This document shows positions 1-11,811 of a DNA stretch of 55,842 bases, one piece after another. Under the pieces are notes generated by a model that did not search any database, was not told the origin of the DNA, and saw only the letters and a list, made by a program, of their open reading frames with translations. Location: IMG/VR virus record IMGVR_UViG_2923350032_000003. One strand, 5' to 3'. The stretch comes from a virus (lineage: Duplodnaviria > Heunggongvirae > Uroviricota > Caudoviricetes). The number at the start of each line of letters is the position of its first letter. The stretch's first letter is position 1. Both the position numbers and the translations under genes were made by a program.

Positions 1-183
1 ATGAAATCAAAAGACACCCTAAAGTGGTTCCCTGCGCAGCTTCCTGAAGTAAGAATTATCCTAGGGGATGCTGTAGTGGAAGTAGCAAAACAGGGAAGAC
101 CTATCAATACCAGAACATTGCTTGATTACATTGAAGGAAACATAAAGAAAAAATCATGGCTGGATAACAAAGAATTATTATAA
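1..183 (+). CDS. ynaE: YnaE/YdfK-family small prophage protein, 60 aa as encoded; in-frame TAA followed by 17 more sense codons to a second stop at 232-234
   Basis: ORF starts at window position 1 (MKSKDTLKWFPAQ...); recalled similarity to Rac/Qin YnaE/YdfK; position next to pinR as in K-12 Rac. Confidence 0.5.
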   Translation: MKSKDTLKWFPAQLPEVRIILGDAVVEVAKQGRPINTRTLLDYIEGNIKKKSWLDNKELL

Positions 184-550
184 ACAGCGATATCAGTTCT
201 TAAAGACAACCAAAATTTAAATGGTAAAATGTAATATAATAAACTTACTTTTTTATCATTTTTCCACTTTAACAACATTTTGCTCCACTTTTCCACGACC
301 AAACAACTTGAAATCTGGTTAAAATAACACGCAACACTATTCTTCTTCCTTGAGTCCGCCCGGAACTCGAAAAACAAACCGAGTTAAAGCCATTTTTCAC
401 AAAATCGATTTTGGGTCTCACCAAAATTACGGGATTGCATACGCATTCGTTTATTTTCGAACGTGTACATACAAATATGCACAAAAATAATCATAATTAT
501 TTTCTGAGATGCATTATGATATGAACACCAATTTCGTATAGAGTCTCACT

Positions 551-1141
551 ATGTCTCAAATTTTTGCTTACTGTCGGATATCAACGCTGGATCAGACCAC
601 CGAAAATCAACGCCGGGAAATCGAAAGTGCAGGTTTTAAAATCAAACCTCAGCAAATAATCGAAGAACACATTAGTGGCTCAGCAGCAACCAGTGAGCGT
701 CCTGGTTTTAACCGGTTGCTTGCTCGCCTGAAATGTGGTGATCAATTGATTGTGACAAAACTGGATCGCCTTGGTTGTAATGCAATGGATATCAGGAAAA
801 CAGTGGAACAACTGACCGAAACAGGTATCAGAGTGCATTGCTTAGCATTGGGGGGCATTGACCTGACCAGTCCAACAGGAAAAATGATGATGCAAGTAAT
901 TTCAGCAGTCGCTGAATTTGAACGAGACCTTTTACTTGAACGCACTCATTCCGGGATAGTAAGAGCCCGCGGCGCAGGGAAACGTTTTGGTCGACCACCT
1001 GTGTTAAATGAAGAACAGAAACAGGTGGTATTCGAACGAATTAAGTCAGGTGTAAGTATAAGTGCCATTGCCCGGGAATTCAAAACCTCGCGGCAAACCA
1101 TTTTAAGAGCCAAAGCAAAACTTCAGACACCTGACATATAA
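551..1141 (+). CDS. pinR: Serine recombinase / DNA invertase (Pin family)
   Basis: 196 aa; N-terminal catalytic motif YCRISTLDQ with the nucleophile Ser, C-terminal HTH; adjacent to tail fiber genes. Confidence 0.8.
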   Translation: MSQIFAYCRISTLDQTTENQRREIESAGFKIKPQQIIEEHISGSAATSERPGFNRLLARLKCGDQLIVTKLDRLGCNAMDIRKTVEQLTETGIRVHCLALGGIDLTSPTGKMMMQVISAVAEFERDLLLERTHSGIVRARGAGKRFGRPPVLNEEQKQVVFERIKSGVSISAIAREFKTSRQTILRAKAKLQTPDI

Positions 1142-1238
1142 AAAATAATCTCGGTGTGAGATGCTTTACGTCTTCCAAGCCCCCTTCCTTGCCGTAAATG
1201 GAAAGATACATCTAATTATAGAATTTATATGTTTTACC

Positions 1239-1814
1239 CTACGGCAGTGCTGGCCATTCAATATCCTGTGAAGTTGACGTATCAACACGGTTCAGCAATA
1301 CCCGATACTTTTTCCATGCTTCCAGCAACGAGATTTCTTCCTCCGTTGCAATTTCCAGATCTGCAGCATCCTGAAGCGGCGCAATATGCTCACTGGCTAC
1401 CTGCATCAGGTTGTTTTTTGTTTCTTCCGCCTCCCGGATCCGGAACAGTTTTTCTGCTTCCGTATCCTTCACCCAGGCTGTGCCGTTCCACTTCTGAAAC
1501 TCCCCTTCCGGCGATAACCAGGTAACATTTTCCGGTAACGGACCGAGTTCAGAAATAAATAACTCGTCCCCTGACGCTACGTCATAAACCGTTTTACCCC
1601 GATGGTCTTCAACGAGATGCCACGATGCCTCATCACTGTTGAAAACAGCCACAAAGCCAGCAGGAATATCTGGTGGTGCAATATCGGTACTGTTTGCTGG
1701 CAGACCTGTATGAGGCGGAATATATGCGTCACCTTCACCAATAAATTCATTAGTTCCGGCCAGCAGATTATAAATTTTTATGGTCCGTGGTTGTTCACTC
1801 ATTCTGAATGCCAT
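1239..1814 (-). CDS. tfaR: Tail fiber assembly protein
   Basis: 191 aa, [24 protein letters not shown]...; immediately downstream of the side tail fiber gene with abutting stop/start. Confidence 0.8.
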   Translation of the reverse strand: MAFRMSEQPRTIKIYNLLAGTNEFIGEGDAYIPPHTGLPANSTDIAPPDIPAGFVAVFNSDEASWHLVEDHRGKTVYDVASGDELFISELGPLPENVTWLSPEGEFQKWNGTAWVKDTEAEKLFRIREAEETKNNLMQVASEHIAPLQDAADLEIATEEEISLLEAWKKYRVLLNRVDTSTSQDIEWPALP

Positions 1815-4800
1815 TATGCAAGCCTCACAATATAGTTAAATGCGATGTTTTTGACGGTGTTTTCCGCGTTACCAGCAGCGTTAACGGTGATGGTGTGTCC
1901 ATGTGAACCAATCGCAACGGAGTGCGTATGAGCACCAATACCGACAGTATGCGCGTGTGCACCTGCAGATGCTGCTGTGCCGGACAGTGAGTGGCTATGA
2001 TTACCATCTGTACTGGTATTAGCTAACCACCCCGTAGACATACCTACTGAGCCTTGTACACCCCAGGTATTTTGACCTGAGCTTGTATAACCATATTGAT
2101 AAGTATCTTTAAAAACACTGGGGTTAAATCGACGGCCATCTCTATGGCTGTGATTACCAGCTGCATTCGTGCTGCCACTTAAACTATGGGTATGCGCACC
2201 AGTGTTATTCGTGGATTTAGTGCCGTAATCAAACGACGATGTGGTTTTCGCCCCCAAATCCGTACTGGATGCGCTGGCGCTGTGGGTATGCGATTTAATG
2301 CCGTCCTGTTCCTGAGACAATACGGCCCGACCACTGGCAGGTTTGCCCTTAATCGTCCAGCCACGCATATCAGGGATCACGCCTGACGGATAAGCCGCTG
2401 CAAGTTTCGGGTATGCAGATTTGTCAAAAGCCTGCCCCTGCATCAGGGCATAACCAGACGGAACGGTATCTGATGGCCACGGGATTGGTGCGCCGACTGG
2501 GTAGCTTTCTGGTGGAAGATTTTTCGAGGTATAAACTTCTGCCCAGTCTTCCTCAAAACCATAGCCATCTCTTGAGGAACGGTAGAACAGACCTCCATTT
2601 CTGTAATGTGCCTTCATCTGCAAGGTCCGGCAACTTCCGACTCCGGTATAGAAGTTAACCAGAATATAGCTGTCGCCAGAGCGGGTGACATTGTAAGCGC
2701 CTGATTCGGCATTCCATGGAACGCCCCCATCCGCATCGGCATACGTATCCGTTGCTCTTCTGGCAAAAGCAGCAACATGCGCAGCGGTTAAAGTGATATC
2801 AGTAGAACCATCAAACGAAACACCAGATATTTTTATTGCTGTCTGAAGTTTCGTAGCTGTATCAGAATTTCCCTTAATCCCCTTAGGAGAATTAAGTGGT
2901 GTATTGATCGTCACTTCACCTGTTGCGTTATTTACTGCAAATGGTCGAAGACCGTTCCAGCCACCGTACTGGTCGCCTTTATCAGTCATGAGCAAGTAAG
3001 TATTTGCTCCATCATTTCGCCATATGACACCGTAATCACCTGCAATCATCCTTAACGCGTTCTGACTACGGACAATAACTTCATCATTAGCGTAAATCTT
3101 ATTCCCGCTAATGTCTGACTTACTCAAAACAGGATACGAACTATAAAATCCATTACCTTGTTTAAAATCTAAAATTAAATTTACCGCAACTGATTCAGAA
3201 TAAGGATCAGTTGCGCCAAATTTATAAGTCGTTTCAGCAACAATATAATCAGAAGCAGGTGCAGTAACGGAGAGACCTTCTTCTAAAAAGACCTCTACGG
3301 GAAATGCCCCACCTTCTATATAGAATACGCTGTCTACGGTATCGCCTTTATTACTCATCAGAATGGAATGAATAGCGCGTTCCGATGTTGAATAAGCCCA
3401 GAACATACCACAGGCATAGCTACCCCGGTCCGTCCAGCCGCCTGCGCAAACAAAACCATTAAACTCACAATTATTCATTCTGTGATTAGCTGAGCGACTT
3501 GGCGTTGAAATGACAACGCGGGATGCCCGATGGCTGTCATTCCTTTTTATCACTAACGGATAATATTTACCTTCCTGGACACCCGCCGGGGCATTTACCA
3601 CAACGTATCGCATCCCCTTTTTCTGATCCACTTCACCTTTGCTGTAAACATTAATGTTACTCAGGAAGCGGTCCTTGTCGGGAATATCAGCACCGTTCTG
3701 GTCTTTCTGCAGACGTTTCTCTGCATTGTCATAGGCTGCTTTTACTGCCTTTGGCGTTGCCGCCAGCGTTTCAGACGTGCTGTTGGTCGCACTGCTGAGC
3801 TGTACTACCCCCTTTTTCGTCGTGCTCGCATCCTCAAGCGCCACGGCGGATGCAATATCCTCTGCACGTTTTGCCGCTGTCTCAGCGCGCGTTGCTGCGG
3901 ATTCTGCCGTACTTTTGCTCTGTGCTGCCGCTGCCGCACTGCCAGCAGCCTCTGTCGCCTTCGTGGATGCTGTCGTGGCGCTGCCCTTCGCTGCGGATGC
4001 TTGTCTTGTCGCCTCATCTTTTGAAGCAGACGCCGATGATGCCGATGACGCCGCCGAACTGGCGGACGATGCGGCAGCCGTTTTTGAGGATTCTGCGCTG
4101 GTTTCCGACGCTTTCGCGTTCGTCTCGGATGTCTTCGCTGCGGAAGCAGACCTCGCTGCTGCACTGGCCTGTTCAGTGGCTTCGCCAGCCTTCGTTGTGG
4201 CTGTTGAAGCGGACGATGCGGCGCTTTCTGCCGATTTTCCGGCGGCGCTAGCACTGGCTGAGGCCTGCCCGGCACTTGTTGACGCGGCACTGGCAGATGA
4301 TGCAGCCGCTGTTTTTGAGCCTGCCGCAGCTGAGGCACTCTGTCCCGCTGCCGTTTCAGAAGACCTGGCGTTCGTCTCGGACGTTTTTGCCGCCTTCGCA
4401 GAATTTGCTGCCGCCGTTGCCGAGGAAGCGGCACTACTGGCGCTTGATGATGCGTTCGTTTCTGATGATTTCGCTGCCTCTTTTGAGGCCGCCGCATCCC
4501 GGGCTGAGGTGGCAGCTTCTGACGCCTTCGTGGTCGCGGCGGATGCAGAAGTGGCTGCAGATTTTTGTGACGCTGCCGCATTCGTTTCTGACGTTTTCGC
4601 GGCACTGGCACTGGTAGCTGCCGCGCTTTTTGAGGACTCTGCAGCAGCAGCACTTTTCGATGCTTCAGTGGCCTTTGTTGATGCCGTTCCTGCGCTGGAA
4701 GACGCTGACTGAGCCGACGAAGCGGCCTGTCCGGCTGACGTGCTGGCTGCGCGTGCTGAGCCTGCAGCATCAGTCGCATGGGTTGCCGCCTCACGGGCTG

Positions 4801-5215
4801 ATGTGCCGGCATCGCTGGCTGACTTCTTCGCGGCTGCCGTGTTCTGTGCCACCGCGGACGCGTTACGCGCCACCTCTTCCACCATCAGTTCAAAACGGCG
4901 CAGTGCCTCAGGACGGGCATCATCCTCCGTCATGGCACCGAGAAAATCATTCAGCGTACCGGGTCGGGAATCTTCATACACGGTGATGGTCCCGGCATGT
5001 GACGGCGGGAATCCCTCCACCAACAGAATAACGCTGTACTGCCCGTACTCAACGTCCATGCTGTAACGCCCGGCTTCATCCGGATTTTCTGAGGCCAGCG
5101 TGTTCACCACCACCGTGGTGCTGTTACGTTTTGCTTTCAGCTGGATTGTGCAGTTCTGTACCGGTTTACCTGCACCGTCTTTCAGTACACCTGAAATCTT
5201 TACTGCCATATTCAC
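1814..5215 (-). CDS. stfR: Side tail fiber protein (lambda Stf-like)
   Basis: 1133 aa; conserved Stf N-terminus, long Ala/Ser/Thr-rich repeat region, His-rich HxH C-terminal tip. Confidence 0.8.
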   Translation of the reverse strand: MNMAVKISGVLKDGAGKPVQNCTIQLKAKRNSTTVVVNTLASENPDEAGRYSMDVEYGQYSVILLVEGFPPSHAGTITVYEDSRPGTLNDFLGAMTEDDARPEALRRFELMVEEVARNASAVAQNTAAAKKSASDAGTSAREAATHATDAAGSARAASTSAGQAASSAQSASSSAGTASTKATEASKSAAAAESSKSAAATSASAAKTSETNAAASQKSAATSASAATTKASEAATSARDAAASKEAAKSSETNASSSASSAASSATAAANSAKAAKTSETNARSSETAAGQSASAAAGSKTAAASSASAASTSAGQASASASAAGKSAESAASSASTATTKAGEATEQASAAARSASAAKTSETNAKASETSAESSKTAAASSASSAASSASSASASKDEATRQASAAKGSATTASTKATEAAGSAAAAAQSKSTAESAATRAETAAKRAEDIASAVALEDASTTKKGVVQLSSATNSTSETLAATPKAVKAAYDNAEKRLQKDQNGADIPDKDRFLSNINVYSKGEVDQKKGMRYVVVNAPAGVQEGKYYPLVIKRNDSHRASRVVISTPSRSANHRMNNCEFNGFVCAGGWTDRGSYACGMFWAYSTSERAIHSILMSNKGDTVDSVFYIEGGAFPVEVFLEEGLSVTAPASDYIVAETTYKFGATDPYSESVAVNLILDFKQGNGFYSSYPVLSKSDISGNKIYANDEVIVRSQNALRMIAGDYGVIWRNDGANTYLLMTDKGDQYGGWNGLRPFAVNNATGEVTINTPLNSPKGIKGNSDTATKLQTAIKISGVSFDGSTDITLTAAHVAAFARRATDTYADADGGVPWNAESGAYNVTRSGDSYILVNFYTGVGSCRTLQMKAHYRNGGLFYRSSRDGYGFEEDWAEVYTSKNLPPESYPVGAPIPWPSDTVPSGYALMQGQAFDKSAYPKLAAAYPSGVIPDMRGWTIKGKPASGRAVLSQEQDGIKSHTHSASASSTDLGAKTTSSFDYGTKSTNNTGAHTHSLSGSTNAAGNHSHRDGRRFNPSVFKDTYQYGYTSSGQNTWGVQGSVGMSTGWLANTSTDGNHSHSLSGTAASAGAHAHTVGIGAHTHSVAIGSHGHTITVNAAGNAENTVKNIAFNYIVRLA

Positions 5216-5273
5216 CCCACAAAAAAGCCCGCCTGAACCGGCGGGCTGTCATAACACTGTGTTACCTGGCTAA

Positions 5274-5873
5274 TCAGAATTTATAACCGACACCCACGAT
5301 GAAACCGTCAGTGCGCCAGTCACCACTGCCGGAGCCTTCATAAGCAATATCAATGGCCACCGATTCGGTCAGGTTAAACTGCACGCCAGCTCCCCACGCC
5401 AGAGACGTGTTGCTGTGGCGACCGTCATCACTTCCGGTCAGCACATCGTGCGTTTTCCCCTTGTTGTCAGTTACGCGGATATAATCCCCGGAGAAAGTCG
5501 ACACACGGCTGTAAGCCATACCCGCCATCGCATACGCGCTGAACCATTCATTCACGCGCACAGACGGCCCCGCCATCACGCTGAACCAGCGATTACGCAC
5601 GGAATCCTCATGCCAGCGGGTATCGCTGTAATGCGTTTTTTGCTCATCTTCAGCGTTGGCATAACTGAATGACGTAATCAGCCCCAGCGTGTCCGTAAAC
5701 TCATAACGGTATTTCACGTTAATCCCGTTCAGATTATCGCTGCCGGGAGCGTTCGTACGGGCATGAAGATACCCTGCGCTCAGTGTGGCCTGCTGCTCAG
5801 ACGCCCATGCAGGCGCACCGGATACGGCCAGACAGATGGCTGCGGACAAAATGGCTGCACAAACTTTACGCAT
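5274..5873 (-). CDS. lomR: Lom/Ail-family outer membrane beta-barrel protein
   Basis: 199 aa with signal peptide and C-terminal aromatic residue (ends GYKF); located between J and stf as in lambda. Confidence 0.8.
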   Translation of the reverse strand: MRKVCAAILSAAICLAVSGAPAWASEQQATLSAGYLHARTNAPGSDNLNGINVKYRYEFTDTLGLITSFSYANAEDEQKTHYSDTRWHEDSVRNRWFSVMAGPSVRVNEWFSAYAMAGMAYSRVSTFSGDYIRVTDNKGKTHDVLTGSDDGRHSNTSLAWGAGVQFNLTESVAIDIAYEGSGSGDWRTDGFIVGVGYKF

Positions 5874-5940
5874 AATTACCTCTCGCTTTTCTGCAATAAA
5901 AAAGGCGCCATTTCTGGCGCCCGTATATGGGTTATAAAAT

Positions 5941-8900
5941 TCAGCTGATACTGATGCCTGCGGTGGCTTTCTTCATCACCACAACCAGCAAATCGCTGAT
6001 ACTTGCTGTGGGATACCAGTCATTTACCAGCCATGCTGACACCGAAAACTCCAGCGTCATGTGGCCGTGACCAGCTGGCATATCAATAACACCACTGTAA
6101 ATCAGCGTATTATCCAGCGCGGTACGGTTATAAATTTCAGCACCATTTTTCTTCACTATCAGGCGGCATGAGGAGTAAATATCAGTATGCTCTCTCTCAT
6201 GTTTAGCACCGCTGAATGCCACCGCCGGAATAACAATCTGCCGGTCAAACGGCTGATCGTCATAAATCCTGACGGTAATGGTTCCTGATGGCCACCGCTC
6301 CGGTGCACGGGAGTCCCGCGGGAAAGCCTTACCCACTGTTTTGACAATATCGCCTTCAATCTGGTTGGCTGACAGTTTCCCTTTAATCTGACAGTTCTCA
6401 TTTATCGTAACGTTGTTGAGCGTCCCGGAGTTCGCATTCACACTGCCACTGATATCCGCATTTTTAGCGGTCAGCTTTCCGTCCGGTGTCAGGGAAAAGG
6501 CCGGAGGATTGCCGCCGCTGGTAATGGTGGGGGCCGTCAGGCGCTTCAGGAACACTTCATTCATGAATATCTGATCACCCTGACCAACAAACATCGGTTT
6601 TGTGTTGCCATTCGCAGGATTAATCATCGCAATCCTGTCTGCCGCCAGCAGCACCTGACTCTGCATTCCTGCTGGCGTATTCTCAATACCGGCACCGATA
6701 CCCGCAATATAAAGGCGTCCGTCCTTCATCTGTTGCAGCTTCACAGCCCACATGCTGTTCAGATTATTATTTGTATCAACCTGAACCTTCTGTATCTGCT
6801 GGATCGCTGCACTCTGGTCTTCCAGTTTCTTATTGACGGTCTGTGTGATTTCATTGCTGACATCCGTAATGGACGTCCTGATTTCAGCCAGGTCAGGCGC
6901 AAGCTGACCGTTATCAATCTGCGTCCACAGCTCCTGAGCCAGATGGGTTTTCCCTATCTCGCCTTTGAAAAAATCCAGATAGCCTGATGCATCATCACTC
7001 GGCTGACCGACAGCCTCCACGAATGCCGATTTGCCAACGGTGTTCACACTGCGAACGTAAAAATAATAATCATGGCCCGGTTTGATATTGATACTGGCGG
7101 CTATCCAGTACAGTGCCGTACCAAGATAACGCGCGCTGGTTTCAACCTGCCTGATATCCGCAATCCGTTTTTCCGAGAACCAGAACTCAAACTGTACCGT
7201 CGGGTCATAAACCGCAAGATGCGGCGTGGCGGTTATCTGAAAATAGCCCGGCGTCAGCTCAATCCGCGACGGCGCTGCCGGTGCGGCAATCCGGAACGAT
7301 ACCGACGCCGGATCGCCCTGCTGCCCCCACGCATTTACTGCCCGGACTGTCAGCCTGTAGTTCCCCAGAGCCAGTTGTGTGAAGCGGTAAGTGGTTTCCG
7401 TCGTCCGGGCCGTGCTGACCAGCCGCTCACGGCCGTCATCCGCTGCCACGGTCAGGCGAAGCAGGAAGCTCACGCCCTTCACCACCTTCGGCGTGTCCCA
7501 GCGGGCCAGCACCTGGTATTCCCCGCTGTCTGCGGTGACTTCTGCGGTCAGGTGCTGCACCGCTGGCGGCGTGACACCATTTACCGTGCCGCTCTGGTCG
7601 CCGTCAAAGTGCGCCCCGTTATCCACGATGGCCTCTTTTTCCGGTACATGCTGCACGGCGGTGATGGCATACGTGCCGTCGTCGTTCTCACGGATACTCA
7701 CGCAGCGGAACAGGCGCTGGCGCAGCGTCGGCAGCTTCAGCCCCCATACGCTGTATTCAGCAACGCCGTCAGGAACACGGCTCACTTTCACCTTCACGCC
7801 GTCGGTGACGGACTGAACCTCCACGCTGACCGGACTCCCCTGCCCGTCAACCAGGCTTATCAGCGTGGTGCCGGAAGATGGCAGCGTGATTTCACGGTCG
7901 AGCGTCAGCGTCCGGGTCTGGCTGTTTACCGCCAGCACGCGCCCGCCGGTGCGGATACCGGCATAGTCATCATCGCAGATTTCAATGACATCGCCCGGTA
8001 CATGGCGAAGCCCTTCGGCACCCACGCTGAAGTCCACGGTCTGCGTTTCCAGCAGTTCTGTTTTAATCAGCCACAGCCCGGCGCGGTGTGCCTGCCCCCG
8101 GCTGGTACAGCCAAAAGCATCCATCTTCGTGACGTTACGACCGTAACGGGCAATGGCCTGCGTGTCCTCCACAAGCTCTGTCGCCGTCTCCCAGCCGTTA
8201 TTCGGGTCAATCCAGTTCACCTCAACGGCATTATGGCGGTCCTTCAGGGCGCTGAAGCTGTAGCGGAACGGCGCACCATCATCCGGCATCACCACATTAC
8301 TGCGGTTATAGGTCCACACCTTATCCGACGGTCGGTCCTGCACGAACGTCAGCGTCTGCCCGTTCCATACCGGCATACAGCGCATCGCAGAGCAGAAATC
8401 ACTGAGCACATCCCACGCCTTGCGCTGTGTGGTCAGGTACGCATTACAGGTGATGCGCGGCTCCGTGCCGCCAAAACCGTCCGGCACCGACTGATCGCAA
8501 TGCTGGCCGATGACATACAGCGCCCATTTGTCCACATCCGCCGCACCAAGACGTTTCCCCATGCCGTAGCGCGGATGGGTCAGCATATCCCACAGACACC
8601 AGGCCATGTTGTTGCTGTATGCTGGCTTAAACGTTCCGTCCCAGATACCGCTGTATTGCCGCGTCTGCGGGTTATAGTTCGACGGCACCTGCAGAATGCG
8701 CCCGCGCAGATGATAATTACGGCTCACCTGCTGGCTGCCGAACTGCTCCGAATCCACCTGCACGCCGACCAGTGCCGTGTTCGGGTAGCACTGTTTCACA
8801 TCGATGATTTCGGTGTATGACGACCAGAGCGTTTTGTTCTGCAGCTGGTCTGTGGTGCTGTCCGGCGTCATTCTGCGCATCCGGATATTAAACGGGCGCG

Positions 8901-9420
8901 GCGGCAGGTTATCCACCACCACCGAGGCCAGATACTGCGAGGTGGTTTTGCCCTTAATGGTGATGTCTTTTTCCGTCACCCAGCCACCGTTACGTTGTAT
9001 CTGAACCAGCAGGCGAACTTCCGACGGATTCCGGTCCCCCTTTGAGGTGGTTTCCACCAGTGCCTGCACACCGAAGGTAAAGCGCAGTCGGTCGATGTTT
9101 GCCGACGTGATGGTGCGGGTGATCGGCGTGTCGTATTTCACTTCCGTACCCAGCACCGTCTCGGAGCCGGAGGATTCAAATCCCTCCGGCGGAGTCTGCT
9201 CCTGCTCACCAGCCCGGAACACCACCGTGACACCGACGATGTTGGTATTCCCCTCACTGTCCAGCACCGGCGTACTGTTCAGCAGCACGCTTTTTAATCC
9301 ATCCACCGGACCTTCAATCGGCCCTTCACTGATGGCATCAATCACACTCAGCAACTGCGTGGATTTCAGGTTGTCCTTCGCTTCGCGCGGGGTATGCCCC
9401 TTACTGCTGCCTTTACCCAT
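5941..9420 (-). CDS. Host specificity protein J (central tail fiber)
   Basis: 1159 aa, [24 protein letters not shown]... lambda J-like; synteny after I. Confidence 0.85.
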   Translation of the reverse strand: MGKGSSKGHTPREAKDNLKSTQLLSVIDAISEGPIEGPVDGLKSVLLNSTPVLDSEGNTNIVGVTVVFRAGEQEQTPPEGFESSGSETVLGTEVKYDTPITRTITSANIDRLRFTFGVQALVETTSKGDRNPSEVRLLVQIQRNGGWVTEKDITIKGKTTSQYLASVVVDNLPPRPFNIRMRRMTPDSTTDQLQNKTLWSSYTEIIDVKQCYPNTALVGVQVDSEQFGSQQVSRNYHLRGRILQVPSNYNPQTRQYSGIWDGTFKPAYSNNMAWCLWDMLTHPRYGMGKRLGAADVDKWALYVIGQHCDQSVPDGFGGTEPRITCNAYLTTQRKAWDVLSDFCSAMRCMPVWNGQTLTFVQDRPSDKVWTYNRSNVVMPDDGAPFRYSFSALKDRHNAVEVNWIDPNNGWETATELVEDTQAIARYGRNVTKMDAFGCTSRGQAHRAGLWLIKTELLETQTVDFSVGAEGLRHVPGDVIEICDDDYAGIRTGGRVLAVNSQTRTLTLDREITLPSSGTTLISLVDGQGSPVSVEVQSVTDGVKVKVSRVPDGVAEYSVWGLKLPTLRQRLFRCVSIRENDDGTYAITAVQHVPEKEAIVDNGAHFDGDQSGTVNGVTPPAVQHLTAEVTADSGEYQVLARWDTPKVVKGVSFLLRLTVAADDGRERLVSTARTTETTYRFTQLALGNYRLTVRAVNAWGQQGDPASVSFRIAAPAAPSRIELTPGYFQITATPHLAVYDPTVQFEFWFSEKRIADIRQVETSARYLGTALYWIAASINIKPGHDYYFYVRSVNTVGKSAFVEAVGQPSDDASGYLDFFKGEIGKTHLAQELWTQIDNGQLAPDLAEIRTSITDVSNEITQTVNKKLEDQSAAIQQIQKVQVDTNNNLNSMWAVKLQQMKDGRLYIAGIGAGIENTPAGMQSQVLLAADRIAMINPANGNTKPMFVGQGDQIFMNEVFLKRLTAPTITSGGNPPAFSLTPDGKLTAKNADISGSVNANSGTLNNVTINENCQIKGKLSANQIEGDIVKTVGKAFPRDSRAPERWPSGTITVRIYDDQPFDRQIVIPAVAFSGAKHEREHTDIYSSCRLIVKKNGAEIYNRTALDNTLIYSGVIDMPAGHGHMTLEFSVSAWLVNDWYPTASISDLLVVVMKKATAGISIS

Positions 9421-9480
9421 TCATCACGCTCCATAAACGACAAAACCGCCCGCAGGCGGTTTCACATAAAATGTTTTGCA

Positions 9481-10128
9481 TCAGCGACCAATCACCACAA
9501 CCTGACCACCATCCCCTTCGTCTGCCGTGCTGATCTCCTGAGAGACCACCCGCGACCCCACGCGCATTTCACCGTACAGAACGGGCAGAACATTGCCCTG
9601 GGCAACCATGTTATCCAGTGAGGAGAAATAGGTGTTCTGTTTGCCGTTATCTGTACTTGCTGCCGTGGGCGTCCTGGCTTTCGGTGCCAGCATCTGCGCC
9701 ACTCCGCCCAGGATCATACTGGCCCCTGCCGCATACATGCCCGATACAGCCGCGGCACCCAGCCAGCCCACAGGGTTCCACCATGCCACCGCAATCAGAG
9801 CCGCCCCCAGCACCACCTGAAACACACCGCCACTTTTAGCTCCCGCCAGACGCGGCACGATGTGGATCACGGCACCATTTGCCAGCGGCTCATTAAGACG
9901 GGCAGACAATTCGGTTTCACCGGCATCACGCCCGGCAATGCGTACCTGGTACCAGCCGTCGCTCAGTTTCTGACGAAACGCCGGGATCTGCATGGCCAGC
10001 GCCCGGATGGCTTCGGACCCCGTTTTCACTCGAAGGTCGATGCGGCGGCCAAATCGTTGTAAATCCCCGTAAAGGCAGATGCGTGCCATGCCCGGTGACG
10101 CCAGAGGGAGTGTGTGCGTCGCTGCCAT
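9481..10128 (-). CDS. Tail assembly protein I
   Basis: 215 aa, lambda I-like with C-terminal hydrophobic Gly/Ala-rich segment; start may be an internal Met because the ORF overlaps K by about 100 nt. Confidence 0.7.
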   Translation of the reverse strand: MAATHTLPLASPGMARICLYGDLQRFGRRIDLRVKTGSEAIRALAMQIPAFRQKLSDGWYQVRIAGRDAGETELSARLNEPLANGAVIHIVPRLAGAKSGGVFQVVLGAALIAVAWWNPVGWLGAAAVSGMYAAGASMILGGVAQMLAPKARTPTAASTDNGKQNTYFSSLDNMVAQGNVLPVLYGEMRVGSRVVSQEISTADEGDGGQVVVIGR

Positions 10129-10778
10129 TTGTCGGTGTACCTCTCTCGTTTGCTCAGTTGTTCAGGAATATGGTGCAGCAGCTCGCTGTCACCACAGTAA
10201 ATGGCGGCATGATTCGGCACCGATGAACCAAAACAGCACAGCAGCACATCGCCCGGCTGCGCCGCTGACAACGGCACCTGATACAGCCCTGTGGCCTCCA
10301 GATTATCCAGATAGAGATTCTGACCGTGACGCCACCAGTCATCCTCGCGATGAAAATCCGGCATCTCAATCCCCGCCAGATGGTAAGCATCCCGGAACAG
10401 CGTGTAACAGTCCGTCACCCCGTGCTCAAAGCGCCGCCCGGAAAGATGTGGCACACAGCGGAACTTGTGAATCGCCCCCCGGCAAACCAGCCACCACGGC
10501 AAATCACTCTGCACCTGCAGCCGCCGGTCGGTCTCACTCAGCCAGGGCAGACCACCGGGGTGGCTGTGGACCAGCGCCACAATCTCACCCTGCATCTCTG
10601 CCCGCAGCCAGTCCTCCGGCGACATCCGGAAATACTCCTCCGGCTCACCGGAGATATTCACGCAGGGAAAATATCTTTCCCCCTCCGGTGTTCTCACCAC
10701 GAAGCCGCACGACTCCGCTGGCGCACATCGCCGGGCGTGCGCCAGAATCGCTGATTCTGTCTCTGTCATGGGATTCAC
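10026..10778 (-). CDS. Tail assembly protein K (JAB/MPN plus NlpC/P60-like domains)
   Basis: 250 aa with HSHP and Cys/His motifs typical of lambda K family; synteny L-K-I. Confidence 0.7.
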   Translation of the reverse strand: MNPMTETESAILAHARRCAPAESCGFVVRTPEGERYFPCVNISGEPEEYFRMSPEDWLRAEMQGEIVALVHSHPGGLPWLSETDRRLQVQSDLPWWLVCRGAIHKFRCVPHLSGRRFEHGVTDCYTLFRDAYHLAGIEMPDFHREDDWWRHGQNLYLDNLEATGLYQVPLSAAQPGDVLLCCFGSSVPNHAAIYCGDSELLHHIPEQLSKRERYTDKWQRRTHSLWRHRAWHASAFTGIYNDLAAASTFE

Positions 10779-11473
10779 TGCGAAAGTTTGTTAATGGAAA
10801 GGAAGCCGCCAAAGTTGCCGACGTTATTGCGAAACTTACAGCCGCTCAGGCATTTGCTGCATTTATCCTTCGTGATATCGGACGTCGGCTGATCATATTC
10901 ATCCGCGACCGCCGGACCGTGATAACCGCACTCATCACCGCGATAGGTCCAGGTGCAGGTGTTGGCCAGCATGATACGTCCCGGAAAAACGGCACCGTCC
11001 GTTTCCGTCGGCGTGGACAGTACAAAAGAGGCACTGACCGCGCTCAGTTCGCTGCACTGCTCGATGCGCCAGCGGCTGATCACCTCCTGCTCCGGATCGG
11101 CTTCGCTGTTTCCGTTGACGAAGTTCACCGCATCCAGAAAGCGGGCGTAAACCTTACGCCGGACCACCGTTCCGCCGACCAGACTCTGCAGATCTTCCGC
11201 CATCCCGGTGATCATGCCGTGCAGGTTAGAGACCGTCAGTGTCGGACGGGCAGCACTGCCCTTGCCGTTCATCTCAAATCCACTCCCCTGAATGGGATAG
11301 GCCTGATACTGCCGACTCTGCCAGGTGACAGACTCACCTTTTTCGTTCTGCTCATTACAGAAAAAGTAGCGATCCCCGCCTACCTCGGTCAGGTCGATTT
11401 CCCAGAGCACCACGCTGGCCGACTGCTCCGCACGAATGCATTCATTCAGCGTTTCCTGTTGTATGTCCTGCAT
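10775..11473 (-). CDS. Minor tail protein L
   Basis: 232 aa, lambda L-like including C-terminal Cys cluster; synteny. Confidence 0.8.
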   Translation of the reverse strand: MQDIQQETLNECIRAEQSASVVLWEIDLTEVGGDRYFFCNEQNEKGESVTWQSRQYQAYPIQGSGFEMNGKGSAARPTLTVSNLHGMITGMAEDLQSLVGGTVVRRKVYARFLDAVNFVNGNSEADPEQEVISRWRIEQCSELSAVSASFVLSTPTETDGAVFPGRIMLANTCTWTYRGDECGYHGPAVADEYDQPTSDITKDKCSKCLSGCKFRNNVGNFGGFLSINKLSQ

Positions 11474-11811
11474 CAGATCACCACTTCGTCAAACTGACAC
11501 GAAAAATCGGTATAGGTGATATGTTCTGTCGCTGACCACGTTCGACACACCACTCTGATTTTTCTGTTAATACCCGGCGGGCGCCAAAAAAAAGATTTAT
11601 AGCCTTCATGCCGGGCTAAAAATTTTTCAAATGAATCACGTTCATTCGCCTCAACTTTGAAATCACAGGTGAAAACGCGCAGAGAATGATTAAGTCCATT
11701 TGGACTTCGTTGCTCATAACCATCGCCAAATCTTACAGTTTTTATCGATGGTTTATTTTCTGTTTTCATTCCATCCTCTGGTAACCAGTGAAATTCTTCC
11801 GTATTAGCCAC
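11473..11811 (-). CDS. Minor tail protein M
   Basis: 112 aa; synteny between tape measure and L. Confidence 0.75.

Noticed and set aside
184-1238. Possible Pin crossover sites (gix/pix-like) that would indicate an invertible tail-fiber segment
   Set aside because: Only weak ACCGAG-centred matches near 335-350 and 1150-1160; no second tfa gene or inverted tail-fiber C-terminus is present, so there is no evidence of an invertible segment.
3777-4812. Long ORFs on both strands inside stfR (311 aa, 335 aa and others)
   Set aside because: They lie entirely within the Ala/Ser-rich repeat tract of the tail fiber gene; the translations are low-complexity (poly-Ala/Leu or Arg/Gln/Pro) and are frame artifacts of GC-rich repeats.
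7072-8820. 582-aa ORF antisense to the J gene
   Set aside because: Fully nested in the opposite strand of a well-supported J gene; Arg/Ala/Pro-rich composition typical of antisense frames in GC-rich coding DNA; no start context.
10079-11497. 472-aa ORF antisense to the I, K and L genes
   Set aside because: Overlaps three syntenic tail genes on the opposite strand; Pro/Arg/Ser-rich low-complexity translation.
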